Source: a virus
DNA: 59,446 nt
Reading direction: 5' to 3' (one strand)
IMG/VR virus record: IMGVR_UViG_3300037470_000624
Location: 1-59,446 of that record
Made by a program: the position numbers and the translations under genes
Shown here: positions 14,194-23,126 of the stretch, piece after piece
Numbering within the stretch: position 1 is the stretch's first letter
Layout: the number at the start of each line of letters is the position of its first letter
Notes under the pieces: model-generated
What the model was told of the DNA's origin: nothing
The model's database searches: none
Seen by the model: only the letters and a program-made list of their open reading frames with translations

Positions 14194-17100
14194 TCAGACG
14201 CTCGCAGCGATCCGGTTAGCGACAGCCATCGCCGCCGCCATCGGGTCACCCGTCGGCAGTACCGGGCTGATGTTGAACACGTTGCCACCCAACGCGCCCT
14301 CCGCGCGCAGGATGTCCACCAGGCCCGACTCCTGCGCGAGCTGCGACGCCCGGCCCGGCCGGGTGAGGGGGATGACGACTTCGGGGCCGGCCTCGGCGAG
14401 CTGCGCCACCAGCGGTGTGCGGACCACGGCGCCGTGCGCGAGCTGCGGCAGGCGCGGCAGGCTACCGGGCAGCTTGGCGTCGATCGACGCGATACCAGCG
14501 TTGATCCGCGATATGACGGCGTTGACCGCGGACCGCAGCGCGCCGGCGATACGGGACCCGAGGTCGGAGGCGAAACCGCCCGCGGATGCGATCCCCTGCC
14601 CGAGCGCGTTGATGATGCCGCGGCCGGCAGCGACGAACCGGCCGGCGAGCGCGGCCACCTTGCCGGGGAGCGAAGCGATGACGCCCTGGATCCGGTTGAT
14701 GAACCCCGAGACGGTCGACTGGGCGGCGGAGAACGCCCCGGTGACGGCGTTGACCACGGCCGCCCGCAGGCCCGACAGGGCGGAGGACGCCCGGGACGGC
14801 AAGGTCGAGATGAACTGCTGAGCCCCGGTCAGGAACGCCTGAATTTTGGCCTGGGCCCCGGTTTTCATCTCCTCGACCTTGGCCCCGACGGACGACGCAA
14901 GGTTGGACAGGGCCGTCGCGGCCCGGCCCGGAAGCGCGGCGATGAACGCGACAGCCTGCGAGATGAACTCGCCGATTTTGCCCGGCAGGATGAGGAACGC
15001 CGCCAGGATGAGACCGATTCGGACGCCGATGTCGAACAGGACCGCGTCCAGGACGGCGACGAACGCATCCTTGACCACGCCCGGCAGCGCGGCCAGCGCG
15101 GACCCGATCCCGGTGACCAGGCCCAGGAACTTCTCGACCCCTTGGTCCAGCAGGCCCGGCAGGGTGTCGGTGAAGAAACCGGACACGGCGTCGCCTACGG
15201 CGGTGAACGCGGCCGGGACGTCGGTGGTGATGAAATCGGACACGGCGGAGAACGCGTCCTGCACGCCGGTGACGGCGCCGGCGACGGTATCGAACACGCC
15301 GGTCAGGACACCCAGCGCGGCCACCAGCACACCCGGCGCCGGCGCCAGGGAGATGAGCAGGGCAAGGAACTTGAACAGGGCAATCGTGATCGGCGACACG
15401 GCGACCACCAGGCCCGTCACGGCGATCGCCAGGTCCAGCATGCCGTCCACGATCGCCGGAAGGTCCGGGGCGATCGCTATGAGAGCATCCGCCAGGCCGC
15501 CGGCGAGCACGTCCGCGACCTGGCCGATGACCGGGACCAGCTGTAGGAACGCGTCCAGCAGCTCCGGCAGGCGGGGCAGCAAGGTGTCGACCAGGATCGT
15601 GACGAGCTGCGGCAGGATCGCAACGACCTTGAGAACAGCTTCGCCGAGCGCCGCGCCAAGCTGGTCAGCTACCGGGCCGAGCGCCGCGCCGATCGCGACC
15701 AGCGCCGGCTGCAAGGCCAGGAACGCCTGGGTGAGCGGACCAGACAAAGAGGACAGTACTGGTCCGAGGACCGCCGACAGCACGGTGAGCGAGTTAGCGA
15801 ACTGGGTGAGCAGCGCGCCGGCGAGCGCACCGATGACGGGCAGCAGCGGGGCCAGCGCGGTCAGGAAAGCCGACAGCGCCTGACCGACCGGACCAGCAGC
15901 GGGGGCAAGGGCCTTGAGCCCGATCGCCAGGGCGTCGATGAACGCGACCACTCCGGGCGATACCGCGGTCGCCAGGGTCGCGAGGATCGGAGCAAGGCCC
16001 ACGCCGATCGCGTTGGCGACGGCGACGATGACCGGCGACACGGCGGCGCCGATCGCCCGCAGGCTCTCGAAGAAAGACAGGAGGGCGGCCTGGCCGGCCG
16101 CCGAGCCGGTGAAGTCCTGGATCGTCTGGGTGATCTGGACCAGGCCGGCGAGCGCACCCCCTCCCCCGGCCTGCGAAGCGGCGGCTACGACGTCGCCGAT
16201 GATCCCGGCGACGTTGCCCAGGACCTGCCCCAGCTGCTTGGCCGCCTCCAGGCCGTTGCGCATGAACTCGCCCAGGGACCCATCGGCCCGCGCCTGCGCG
16301 ATGCGGTCCGATATGCGCTGGATCGCGCCGGCGATGCTGTCCGCGATCGCCGGGACCTCACCCGCCCCGACCGCGACAAGGTCCCGGATGGCCCGAGCGG
16401 CAGGCACGAACGCCGGCGCCAGCAGGTCCACGGAGGCCCGTACGGAGTCGAACACTCCCCCGATGTCCCGCGCGGTCTGCGACTCCCGCAGGAACGCGCC
16501 CAGGGGGACGACGGCACGGTTCAGCGCATCCGCTACCCCGATGCCCCCGGTGCGGAGCAGCGGGAGGAGACGGTCCGCGAGCGGCTGGATCTGGTCGGCG
16601 AGCCCGGCGAACAGCCGGCCCTGGATATCCCGGCGGATCGAGTCGAACACCGGTTTGACACCGGACAGCTCTTTGACGAACGCCGCGGCCGACGGCGACA
16701 GCTTCTCCAGCGACTCTTGGAGCTCGGCCGCGTCCCCCGACGCCAGCGCCGAGAACGCGTCCTCCAGGCCGATCGCGCCGAGTTTGACCACGCCCAGCGC
16801 GGCCGCGGCGGCGGCGCCCACCGCGGGGATGACCAGCAGCGCGCCGGACGCCGCGGCGGCAGCGCCCACGATCGCGAACAGGTTCGACACCAGGCCCGCG
16901 GCGGCGCCGGCCGCCACACCCGCGCCGACGGTGAGCAGACCCGCGAGCGCGATACCCCGCAGCGCCTTCCCTACCCCGTCGAGGTCCCGCTCGGTCTTCT
17001 TCGCCGAGCGGGAGATTTTGCCCAGCGCCCGGTCGACGGTGCGGGACATCTCCCGCGCGCTCGACTCCGCGGACCGCTCCGCGTCCGAGAACGCATCCTC

Positions 17101-17289
17101 CAGGTCACCCGCCATACCCTCGGCGGTGTTGGCGACCTTGCGCTCAAGGATCTGGAACGACCGGTCGATCTTGCGGCCGGCCTTGTCCACGGCCAGGATC
17201 AGCCGGGACTCCAGCTCCTGCTCGGCCTTGGACAGGTCGAACCGAACCTCAACGTTCGCCTCGCCCAGAGGACCGGTCACCGGGGGCAC
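14194..17289 (-). CDS. Tape measure protein (1031 aa; start may be GTG 17280)
   Basis: Longest ORF. Ala/Gly/Leu-rich helical repeats. Lies after the chaperone-position ORFs. Confidence 0.85.
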   Translation of the reverse strand: MPPVTGPLGEANVEVRFDLSKAEQELESRLILAVDKAGRKIDRSFQILERKVANTAEGMAGDLEDAFSDAERSAESSAREMSRTVDRALGKISRSAKKTERDLDGVGKALRGIALAGLLTVGAGVAAGAAAGLVSNLFAIVGAAAAASGALLVIPAVGAAAAAALGVVKLGAIGLEDAFSALASGDAAELQESLEKLSPSAAAFVKELSGVKPVFDSIRRDIQGRLFAGLADQIQPLADRLLPLLRTGGIGVADALNRAVVPLGAFLRESQTARDIGGVFDSVRASVDLLAPAFVPAARAIRDLVAVGAGEVPAIADSIAGAIQRISDRIAQARADGSLGEFMRNGLEAAKQLGQVLGNVAGIIGDVVAAASQAGGGGALAGLVQITQTIQDFTGSAAGQAALLSFFESLRAIGAAVSPVIVAVANAIGVGLAPILATLATAVSPGVVAFIDALAIGLKALAPAAGPVGQALSAFLTALAPLLPVIGALAGALLTQFANSLTVLSAVLGPVLSSLSGPLTQAFLALQPALVAIGAALGPVADQLGAALGEAVLKVVAILPQLVTILVDTLLPRLPELLDAFLQLVPVIGQVADVLAGGLADALIAIAPDLPAIVDGMLDLAIAVTGLVVAVSPITIALFKFLALLISLAPAPGVLVAALGVLTGVFDTVAGAVTGVQDAFSAVSDFITTDVPAAFTAVGDAVSGFFTDTLPGLLDQGVEKFLGLVTGIGSALAALPGVVKDAFVAVLDAVLFDIGVRIGLILAAFLILPGKIGEFISQAVAFIAALPGRAATALSNLASSVGAKVEEMKTGAQAKIQAFLTGAQQFISTLPSRASSALSGLRAAVVNAVTGAFSAAQSTVSGFINRIQGVIASLPGKVAALAGRFVAAGRGIINALGQGIASAGGFASDLGSRIAGALRSAVNAVISRINAGIASIDAKLPGSLPRLPQLAHGAVVRTPLVAQLAEAGPEVVIPLTRPGRASQLAQESGLVDILRAEGALGGNVFNISPVLPTGDPMAAAMAVANRIAASV

Positions 17290-17308
17290 CTCACGAGTGA
17301 TCGTGGGG

Positions 17309-17345
17309 CCCGGCCCGCAGCCAGCAGCGCTCGCCGGTCAGCCTA
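17309..17345 (-). promoter_or_regulatory. Late-type signal L5, variant copy (TAGGCT + CTGCTGGCTGCGGGCCGGG)
   Basis: Two substitutions relative to the 19-mer. Lies in the 48-nt gap before the tape measure gene. Confidence 0.45.
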
Positions 17346-17961
17346 CCGGGGCGTCCGGCTGCATCCTCCGTTTCTGCGGGCGGCCCTGCCCCATGGCCTG
17401 TAGGAACGCCTGCCCCTCCCCCTCCGCGGTCCACTGCGGAGGCAGCGACGACGGGTCCGACAGGTCGACCTTCGGCGGGGTGAACAGCTCGAACTCCAGG
17501 CGCGTCCGGGCGTTGTCGTCCTTCTGGTGCTGGTAGATCAGCCCGTACGCCACGTTGCACAGCCGGTCCAGCGGCATGGCCAGCGGGTCCAGGCGCCTCT
17601 CCGCACACCACGAATCGAACAGGCGCCACTGGTCCGCGGCCCACGACAACAGCTGTACCGCGGCGTAGTGCGGCATGCCGGCCGCCTCGGTGATGACCTG
17701 CTCCGTGATCGCGTCATGCATCTGTTGGGTGACCAGCGGCCACCCGTCGTCGTCCTCAGCGAAGTACAGCTCCGCCCACCGCTCCCGGTCCCGCCTGGAC
17801 AGCAGGCCCGGGACGACGGCCTCCCGGTCGTCCGACGCGAGCGCGCGGAGCCACACCCGCGCAGGGCGGGCCGGGATGACGAACGTGTGCCCGTCGAGGG
17901 TGAACCCCGGCGCCGACGCGTCGAGGATCTGCGACCACGGGCCGGCGATACGGCCCGACAC
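17338..17961 (-). CDS. Tail assembly chaperone-position protein (207 aa)
   Basis: Synteny (immediately 5' of the tape measure). Same frame as 17965..18489, separated by TAA plus one codon. Confidence 0.5.
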   Translation of the reverse strand: MSGRIAGPWSQILDASAPGFTLDGHTFVIPARPARVWLRALASDDREAVVPGLLSRRDRERWAELYFAEDDDGWPLVTQQMHDAITEQVITEAAGMPHYAAVQLLSWAADQWRLFDSWCAERRLDPLAMPLDRLCNVAYGLIYQHQKDDNARTRLEFELFTPPKVDLSDPSSLPPQWTAEGEGQAFLQAMGQGRPQKRRMQPDAPVG

Positions 17962-17964
17962 CCG

Positions 17965-18489
17965 TTACCTGCGCTTGCGTCCGCCGGTCCGCGCACGCGG
18001 CCCGGTGCGCGACGCCGGCGCCGGCTGAGCCGCGTTGAACTCCTCCACGAGCCAGTACGCCACCTCACCCAGCGCGGTGAATCCGAAGCGGATGTCCCGC
18101 GGGTCCTCCAGCCGGGTCTCCACGTAGTTGTATGACTCCGCGTCGAGGGTGCCCTCCAGGAACCGCAGGAACACGTCGACCTTGTCCCCGACCTTGGCCC
18201 CCCGCGCCGTCGCCCGCGACACCAGGGCGATCTGGGTGTCCGTCGGCATGTACCCGACGAGCTGCCGGTCGTCGATCGCGAACCGCAGCTCTACCCGCTC
18301 GCCCGCCTGGGCGACGTCGCCGCCGTCGGTGTGCCCCGCGGTGGAGAACTCCCGCACCGGTGCCAGTCGGCCCTCCGGCGCCGTGTCCTCGTCGAACGGC
18401 ACCTTGTTGCCGTCCCCGTCGAATGTGACCCGGTCGTCCTCCTGCGGGTCCGGGTCCTTCGTGGTGGTGGTGCGCTTGGCAGTAGCCAT
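17965..18489 (-). CDS. Tail assembly chaperone-like protein (174 aa)
   Basis: ATG after GGAGGGA. Acidic protein. FLRFLEGTLDAESYNYVETRLEDPRD..LGEVAYWLVEEF resembles actinophage chaperones. Confidence 0.5.
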   Translation of the reverse strand: MATAKRTTTTKDPDPQEDDRVTFDGDGNKVPFDEDTAPEGRLAPVREFSTAGHTDGGDVAQAGERVELRFAIDDRQLVGYMPTDTQIALVSRATARGAKVGDKVDVFLRFLEGTLDAESYNYVETRLEDPRDIRFGFTALGEVAYWLVEEFNAAQPAPASRTGPRARTGGRKRR

Positions 18490-18525
18490 CCTGGGTTCCC
18501 TCCTCAACGTGCCTGTGAGGGGATG

Positions 18526-19008
18526 CTAGCCCCGCTCCCGCACAGGCCACGGGATGTTCTCCTTCAGCGCCTCCAGCAGGAACGGGGAAGGCGGCACGCC
18601 CCGCACCGACTTGGCGAACACGATGTTGCCCCGGCCCTTGCGCTTGCCCGGGCGGCCGCTCTTGGTCCCGCGGACCGGGCCGAACACGCCCTTGACCGGG
18701 AACCGGAGGACCTTCGCCGAGACGGGCGTGATGCGGCGATGCTTCGGCCCGTAGATGCCCGTGCCCTCGTGCTGGTACCGCATGTACTCCAGGTCGGTGC
18801 CCACCCGGAACGTGACGCTGACCCCGGGGACGATGAGGAGTAGGAACCCGATCGACGCCCGGCCCGCTCCCTTGTCGACCGGCGCCTTGGTCTTCGCCGC
18901 CGCGGTGACCCGCCGGCCGTACTGCGAAGCGGTGCGGACCACCGGGCCCAGCTCGCCCGAGAGGACCTGCTCCACGTTGCGCCGGTTGATCGTCACCCGG
19001 CCGGGCAC
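18526..19008 (-). CDS. HK97 gp10-family head-tail/tail-completion protein
   Basis: AKTKAPVDKGAGRASIG ... YMRYQHEGTG ... PSPFLLEAL matches the gp10-family pattern. Confidence 0.65.
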   Translation of the reverse strand: MPGRVTINRRNVEQVLSGELGPVVRTASQYGRRVTAAAKTKAPVDKGAGRASIGFLLLIVPGVSVTFRVGTDLEYMRYQHEGTGIYGPKHRRITPVSAKVLRFPVKGVFGPVRGTKSGRPGKRKGRGNIVFAKSVRGVPPSPFLLEALKENIPWPVRERG

Positions 19009-19130
19009 GGCGCTGCCCCCTGCCGGAATGGCGAGCGGCCCGAGCAGAACCGCGCGCCGTGCTGCTCGGCGAACATGGCCGCGTCCTCCTCGCCGTCCGG
19101 GTAGAAGTAGTCCCCCTCGTCGTTGACCAT
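18993..19130 (-). CDS. Small hypothetical protein (45 aa)
   Basis: High GC3 ORF filling the gap 19009..19191. No clear SD. Confidence 0.35.
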   Translation of the reverse strand: MVNDEGDYFYPDGEEDAAMFAEQHGARFCSGRSPFRQGAAPCPAG

Positions 19131-19191
19131 CGCGTGAGGCTGGCCTGCGGCGGCGGCGGGACCGGTGATCGAGTCCTGGGCGGGCACGGCG

Positions 19192-19575
19192 CTACCCCTT
19201 TCCCGGCTGGGGTAGGAACTCCTCGCCGGTCTGCGCTTCGTGCTCGACCGGGGCGCCGACGGGGCCGCCGGCCGAGCGGCGGCGGGGGTCCCGCGACCGC
19301 TTCGGCTTGCTGTCCGGTTCGTCCCCGGCCTCGAGTCCGGGGTCCGGCGCAGCGGTGTCCAGGACCGGGGGGAGGACCGGGGGCAGGACCGGCGGGAGGG
19401 TCGGCGGGAGGACCAGGGGGCCCGGCGTCGGCGGCTCCGGGTGCACCTCGACCACGAGCAGGTGCCCCTTGTCGATGAGGCGCTGCACGTACCGGGTGTG
19501 CTCCAGGCGCACGACCTCGCCCGCGTTGATCGTGGTGAGGGTGGTGCGGGCCTTGACGGTGACTTCGGCGACCAC
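19192..19575 (-). CDS. Hypothetical connector-region protein (127 aa) with Pro-rich tract
   Basis: GTG after AGGGAGGGA. Contains a 27-mer repeat copy (LEAGDEPDS). Confidence 0.55.
   Translation of the reverse strand: MVAEVTVKARTTLTTINAGEVVRLEHTRYVQRLIDKGHLLVVEVHPEPPTPGPLVLPPTLPPVLPPVLPPVLDTAAPDPGLEAGDEPDSKPKRSRDPRRRSAGGPVGAPVEHEAQTGEEFLPQPGKG
19310..19336 (-). repeat. Dispersed 27-mer, exact copy
   Basis: ctgtccggttcgtccccggcctcgagt is identical to 46551..46577. Confidence 0.9.
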
Positions 19576-19588
19576 TGTGGATCCCTCC

Positions 19589-20149
19589 CTATGACGACTC
19601 GACCGCGCACGTGATGCAGTCCTCCAGGTGCACAAGCACCTGCTGCGACCATCCCATGCAACCCCCGGTCGGGTGTACCGGCCCGCCGGTCTGGAGCATG
19701 AACGGCTTGCCCGCCGCGGCCAGCGAGCAGCGGATGACCTTTCGGAGGATGACGCCGTCCTGTGTTTGGCGGAGCACCGCCTCCTCCACCTCCTCGCACG
19801 GCGGAGGCTTGCCCTTGTCGCCCATGGACGGGGCGCACCGGTAGATGCCCAGGGTGTACTGCTGCGCCAGGCCCTGCGGGCACTTCTCGACCCGCGCCAG
19901 GACGGCCGGGAACGTGTCCCCCACCGGGTACACCTGGCCGACGGTGACCCACGCGAACCCATTACGGTCCGGCTCGTCCCCGGGGCCGACGATGACGCAG
20001 CAGTCGTCCATGGGCGGCGGGACGCCCTGGGCGAGGCAGCAGCGGACGGCCGGGACGTTGAGCTGCCACAGCACGTCGCACAGGTACTCCTGCATGACGT
20101 TGGCGATCGCCAACACCGGGTCGTGGACCAGCACCGGGGGTGCGCTCAC
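19589..20149 (-). CDS. Head-tail connector-region protein (186 aa, Cys-rich)
   Basis: GTGA overlap with the adaptor-like gene. Assigned by synteny. Confidence 0.5.
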   Translation of the reverse strand: MSAPPVLVHDPVLAIANVMQEYLCDVLWQLNVPAVRCCLAQGVPPPMDDCCVIVGPGDEPDRNGFAWVTVGQVYPVGDTFPAVLARVEKCPQGLAQQYTLGIYRCAPSMGDKGKPPPCEEVEEAVLRQTQDGVILRKVIRCSLAAAGKPFMLQTGGPVHPTGGCMGWSQQVLVHLEDCITCAVESS

Positions 20150-20919
20150 CTGCGCGTCTGCACTTTCTGGAGATCCGGCGACCAGACAGTTGCCGGGGAT
20201 CGGTGCTTGTACGGGTTGACCGCGGCTATCCACTGATCCACGAGCGCGATGCCGGTGCGGCCCTCCTCAAGGAACTCCTGCGGGTCGAGCAGCGTCATGG
20301 TGACGCCCTCCCGCGTTATCTCGGTGACCCGCTCCGGCAGTGCGCAGTCCTGCCCCTCGCACGCCTTCGCGAGCTCACCGGCGAGCTTGCCCGCGGCCAG
20401 GTTGCCGCCGAACGGGACCGGGAGGCCCTGGCCGTAGGCGACGGACCACGTGCCCGGCTCGGTGTCCGGCAGGGCCATGTTCTGGCACAGGGGCCACAGC
20501 GTGCCGTCGGTGCGGACCAGCTTCTCCCCCACGAGGACGTACTCGTCGGCGCCCAGGATGACGCCGTCGAGGATGACCTCGGTCACCTCGTCGATGGGGC
20601 CGGGCAGCATGATGCCGCCCAGCTCGGTGCACGAGCACCCGCCCGTGCATCCGCACGCCGCGTTGAGCCACTGCCCGCCGTCCCGGTACGGCACCATGAA
20701 CCCATAGCCCATGGCGGCCGCGTTGATTTCCCACCAGAGCGACCCGCGGCGAGGCGGACCGCACGGGCGGACGACGCGGTCACACACCCCGAACTGACGG
20801 CCCGAGAGCGCCCACACGATCATCTCGGCGGTCCCCGTGGCCTCAGCCTTCGTCTCCGCGGAGAACGCGTCCCACCCCGGCACACAGTCGGTGTTCGCTG
20901 CCCAGCCGCACGGCTCCAT
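20146..20919 (-). CDS. Head-to-tail adaptor-like protein (257 aa)
   Basis: N-terminus MEPCGWAANTDC...WALSGRQFGVCDRVVRPC resembles actinophage adaptor proteins. Assigned partly by position. Confidence 0.5.
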   Translation of the reverse strand: MEPCGWAANTDCVPGWDAFSAETKAEATGTAEMIVWALSGRQFGVCDRVVRPCGPPRRGSLWWEINAAAMGYGFMVPYRDGGQWLNAACGCTGGCSCTELGGIMLPGPIDEVTEVILDGVILGADEYVLVGEKLVRTDGTLWPLCQNMALPDTEPGTWSVAYGQGLPVPFGGNLAAGKLAGELAKACEGQDCALPERVTEITREGVTMTLLDPQEFLEEGRTGIALVDQWIAAVNPYKHRSPATVWSPDLQKVQTRR

Positions 20920-20937
20920 GGGTGCCCCCTCTGTCGA

Positions 20938-20978
20938 CACTGGCCCGGTCCCGGGTGGTGGTCGGGACCGGGCCAGTG
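20938..20978 (-). terminator. Strong hairpin after 21005..21712
   Basis: cactggcccggtcccg / 9-nt loop / cgggaccgggccagtg (16 bp). Confidence 0.7.
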
Positions 20979-21004
20979 TGCCCTGCGCGGGTCGGGTGGT
21001 GCAG

Positions 21005-21712
21005 CTACGCGGCCGGGACCAGCTCGACCGCGCCGCACACGGTGGCCTCCGGCGGCGCCACGGTGGTGAGGTGGATGTCCATGAGGTCGTCGACGCCGAT
21101 CGCTGTGAGCAGCGGGCCAGGGACGTCGCACACGTCCACGACCGACCCCTCCTCCATGTCCACGTTGTACGGGCCCACGCCCCACTGCGAGCCATACCGG
21201 GCCTTGCCCGACAGGTTGAACGTCGCCGCGCCGTCCTGGAGCGTGAGGTCACCCAGGATCCCCTGATTGATCCACGGCGTCAGGAAGTAGCCGTACTGGA
21301 CCAGGTCCGCCTCGCACTCCTGGCCCGGGATGTCCGACCACAGCTCCAGGCCGATGCCGGCCTTGCACTGGATCGTCTTACGGACGCGGAACCCAGCCGA
21401 GTCCCCCGCGCAGTCCAGGACCAGCGGCCAGCCCGTGAGCATGTTGACGAGGTCCGGGTCCACGCGGCAGAACTGGGCCTCCACGTTGAGCCACTTGACC
21501 TCGGGGCAGCCCGGCTCGTTGATACAGATCACGCCGTTGCCGTTCTTCTGCAGGATCTCCGTTCCCTCGTCCAGCTCGAAGGAGTAGGAGACCTGGATCA
21601 GCCCGTCCGAGACCAGCGTCCCGCCGGCGCCCGGGACCACGGCCCCGCACTGGTCAATCTTCGTCGCGCGCATCACCTTCGCGCGAACGCTGCTCCAACA
21701 GGTAGCGGCCAT
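21005..21712 (-). CDS. Abundant virion protein candidate (235 aa; major tail subunit or capsid accessory)
   Basis: Has its own late signal L3 and its own terminator. Good SD (GAGGAAGGA). No diagnostic motif. Confidence 0.4.
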   Translation of the reverse strand: MAATCWSSVRAKVMRATKIDQCGAVVPGAGGTLVSDGLIQVSYSFELDEGTEILQKNGNGVICINEPGCPEVKWLNVEAQFCRVDPDLVNMLTGWPLVLDCAGDSAGFRVRKTIQCKAGIGLELWSDIPGQECEADLVQYGYFLTPWINQGILGDLTLQDGAATFNLSGKARYGSQWGVGPYNVDMEEGSVVDVCDVPGPLLTAIGVDDLMDIHLTTVAPPEATVCGAVELVPAA

Positions 21713-21739
21713 CAGGCGTGTCCTTCCTCAGTTGACTCA

Positions 21740-21777
21740 CCCGGCCCACAGCCAGCGGCAGCGCTGTGTGCAGCCTA
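21740..21777 (-). promoter_or_regulatory. Late-type signal L3 (TAGGCT + CCGCTGGCTGTGGGCCGGG)
   Basis: Exact 19-mer, 27 nt before ATG 21712. Confidence 0.55.
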
Positions 21778-21804
21778 CCGCCGTCGCCGGTGTTGACCAG
21801 CGCT

Positions 21805-22206
21805 CTACTCGGTGTTGGGCCGCCACTTCGCGATGGTGGACCGGTTCTTGCCTTCCGCCTCCGCGGCGACGACACGGACCCGCTCGTCAAAGTCCGCCGC
21901 GTCCAGGTGGGCGATGACCCGCGCCGCGTTGTGCTCGGCCGGGTTGAACAGGGCCGCCGGCGCCGGCGCCGCGGGCCGCGCGGGCGGCGGCGCCGGCCGC
22001 TCGACGATGACCGGGCGGGTACGGGACGACGCGACGAAGCCCTGAGCCTGGGCCCACGCGAGCGGCACGGAAAAGCCGTAGCTGATCGAGCGGACCTCAT
22101 GGATGTCCAGGCCCGACGCGGCGGCCTTACGCAGCAGGGTGCGCGCGACGACGGCCCGGTCCGTGCCCGGGTAGTCGGAGTACAGGACCTTGTGCCGTGC
22201 GGTCAC
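21805..22206 (-). CDS. Hypothetical head-module protein (133 aa)
   Basis: GTGA overlap with 22203..23036. Confidence 0.55.
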   Translation of the reverse strand: MTARHKVLYSDYPGTDRAVVARTLLRKAAASGLDIHEVRSISYGFSVPLAWAQAQGFVASSRTRPVIVERPAPPPARPAAPAPAALFNPAEHNAARVIAHLDAADFDERVRVVAAEAEGKNRSTIAKWRPNTE

Positions 22207-23036
22207 AGCGACTCCCCCGCGTCCAGGCCCAGCTCGACGAGGACGGCGAGGGTGGGCATGCAGTCCTGTACCAGCACGTGGGTGCGTTCGGCGATGACGA
22301 CCATCTCGTTGGTCACCCGGTCCAGCGCGGTGCCGTCCTCCGGGATGACAAGCGGCTCGGCGTCCCGGCGGACAGCCATGGCGCCGGTGGCGTACATCCA
22401 CGTCTGTGTGGCGGCCGGGGCCTGCTGGCCTACCGGTCCGGTCGACCGGTCGTACCCGCCTCCGAACGCCCACAGCGTATCTAGCGGGGTGCGTAGGACC
22501 GGGCCGTCCCGGATCACCAGCGTGGACTCCGCCGCGTACGGGTTGACCGCGCGGGGGGCGTGGATGATGCCCACCCCTGCGTACTGGTCGGCCAGGGCCT
22601 CCTCCAGCAGCGCCACCGCGGCGGTTACCCCGATCACGGAGCCCAGCACGGACAGGGCCGGGTCCGTCGCGAGCGCCGGGGTGTTGCCGGCCGCGCCGGT
22701 CCAGAACGCCTCCTCCAGGGCCCTCGGCTCGGCCAGGGCCAGGCGACGGGCCACGACACTGCGGGCCTCCTGGAGTTGGATCAGCTTGCAGTTGAGCGTC
22801 GTGTACAGGGTGAACGCCGAGCCCCCGTCGACGGGGCGGCCCTCGGTGTCGATGACCTTCTCTTCAAACCCGGACTCCTCCGTGCAGGCGTCCGGCCACG
22901 GCAGCGCCTGCGCGCACGCGTCGCTCTGGAACTGGACACCGTTCTGCCAGTGCGCCGGGGTGGTGCCCTGCTGGAGAACCGACCCCAGTCCGAACCGATA
23001 CGGCTGTACCGCGGGCGGGTCCACGTAGATACGCAC
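22203..23036 (-). CDS. Virion structural protein (277 aa), possibly a second capsid-type subunit
   Basis: GTG after GGAGGG. Immediately follows the capsid terminator. Identity not established. Confidence 0.4.
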   Translation of the reverse strand: MRIYVDPPAVQPYRFGLGSVLQQGTTPAHWQNGVQFQSDACAQALPWPDACTEESGFEEKVIDTEGRPVDGGSAFTLYTTLNCKLIQLQEARSVVARRLALAEPRALEEAFWTGAAGNTPALATDPALSVLGSVIGVTAAVALLEEALADQYAGVGIIHAPRAVNPYAAESTLVIRDGPVLRTPLDTLWAFGGGYDRSTGPVGQQAPAATQTWMYATGAMAVRRDAEPLVIPEDGTALDRVTNEMVVIAERTHVLVQDCMPTLAVLVELGLDAGESL

Positions 23037-23073
23037 TGGGCGGCCCTCCGATCAAGGGGTGGAAAGTGGAGCG

Positions 23074-23114
23074 CCCGGCCCCCCGCGGAGATGCGCGCCG
23101 CGCGGGGGGCCGGG
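23074..23114 (-). terminator. Strong hairpin after the major capsid gene
   Basis: cccggccccccgcg / 13-nt loop / cgcggggggccggg (14 bp). Confidence 0.7.
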
Positions 23115-23126
23115 ACGGTCAGGGGC

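Noticed and set aside
17538-18068. Out-of-frame ORF across the chaperone junction as a -1 frameshift product.
   Set aside because: Its translation is Arg/Ser/Gly-rich shadow sequence, and I found no heptanucleotide slippery site near the end of 17965..18489.
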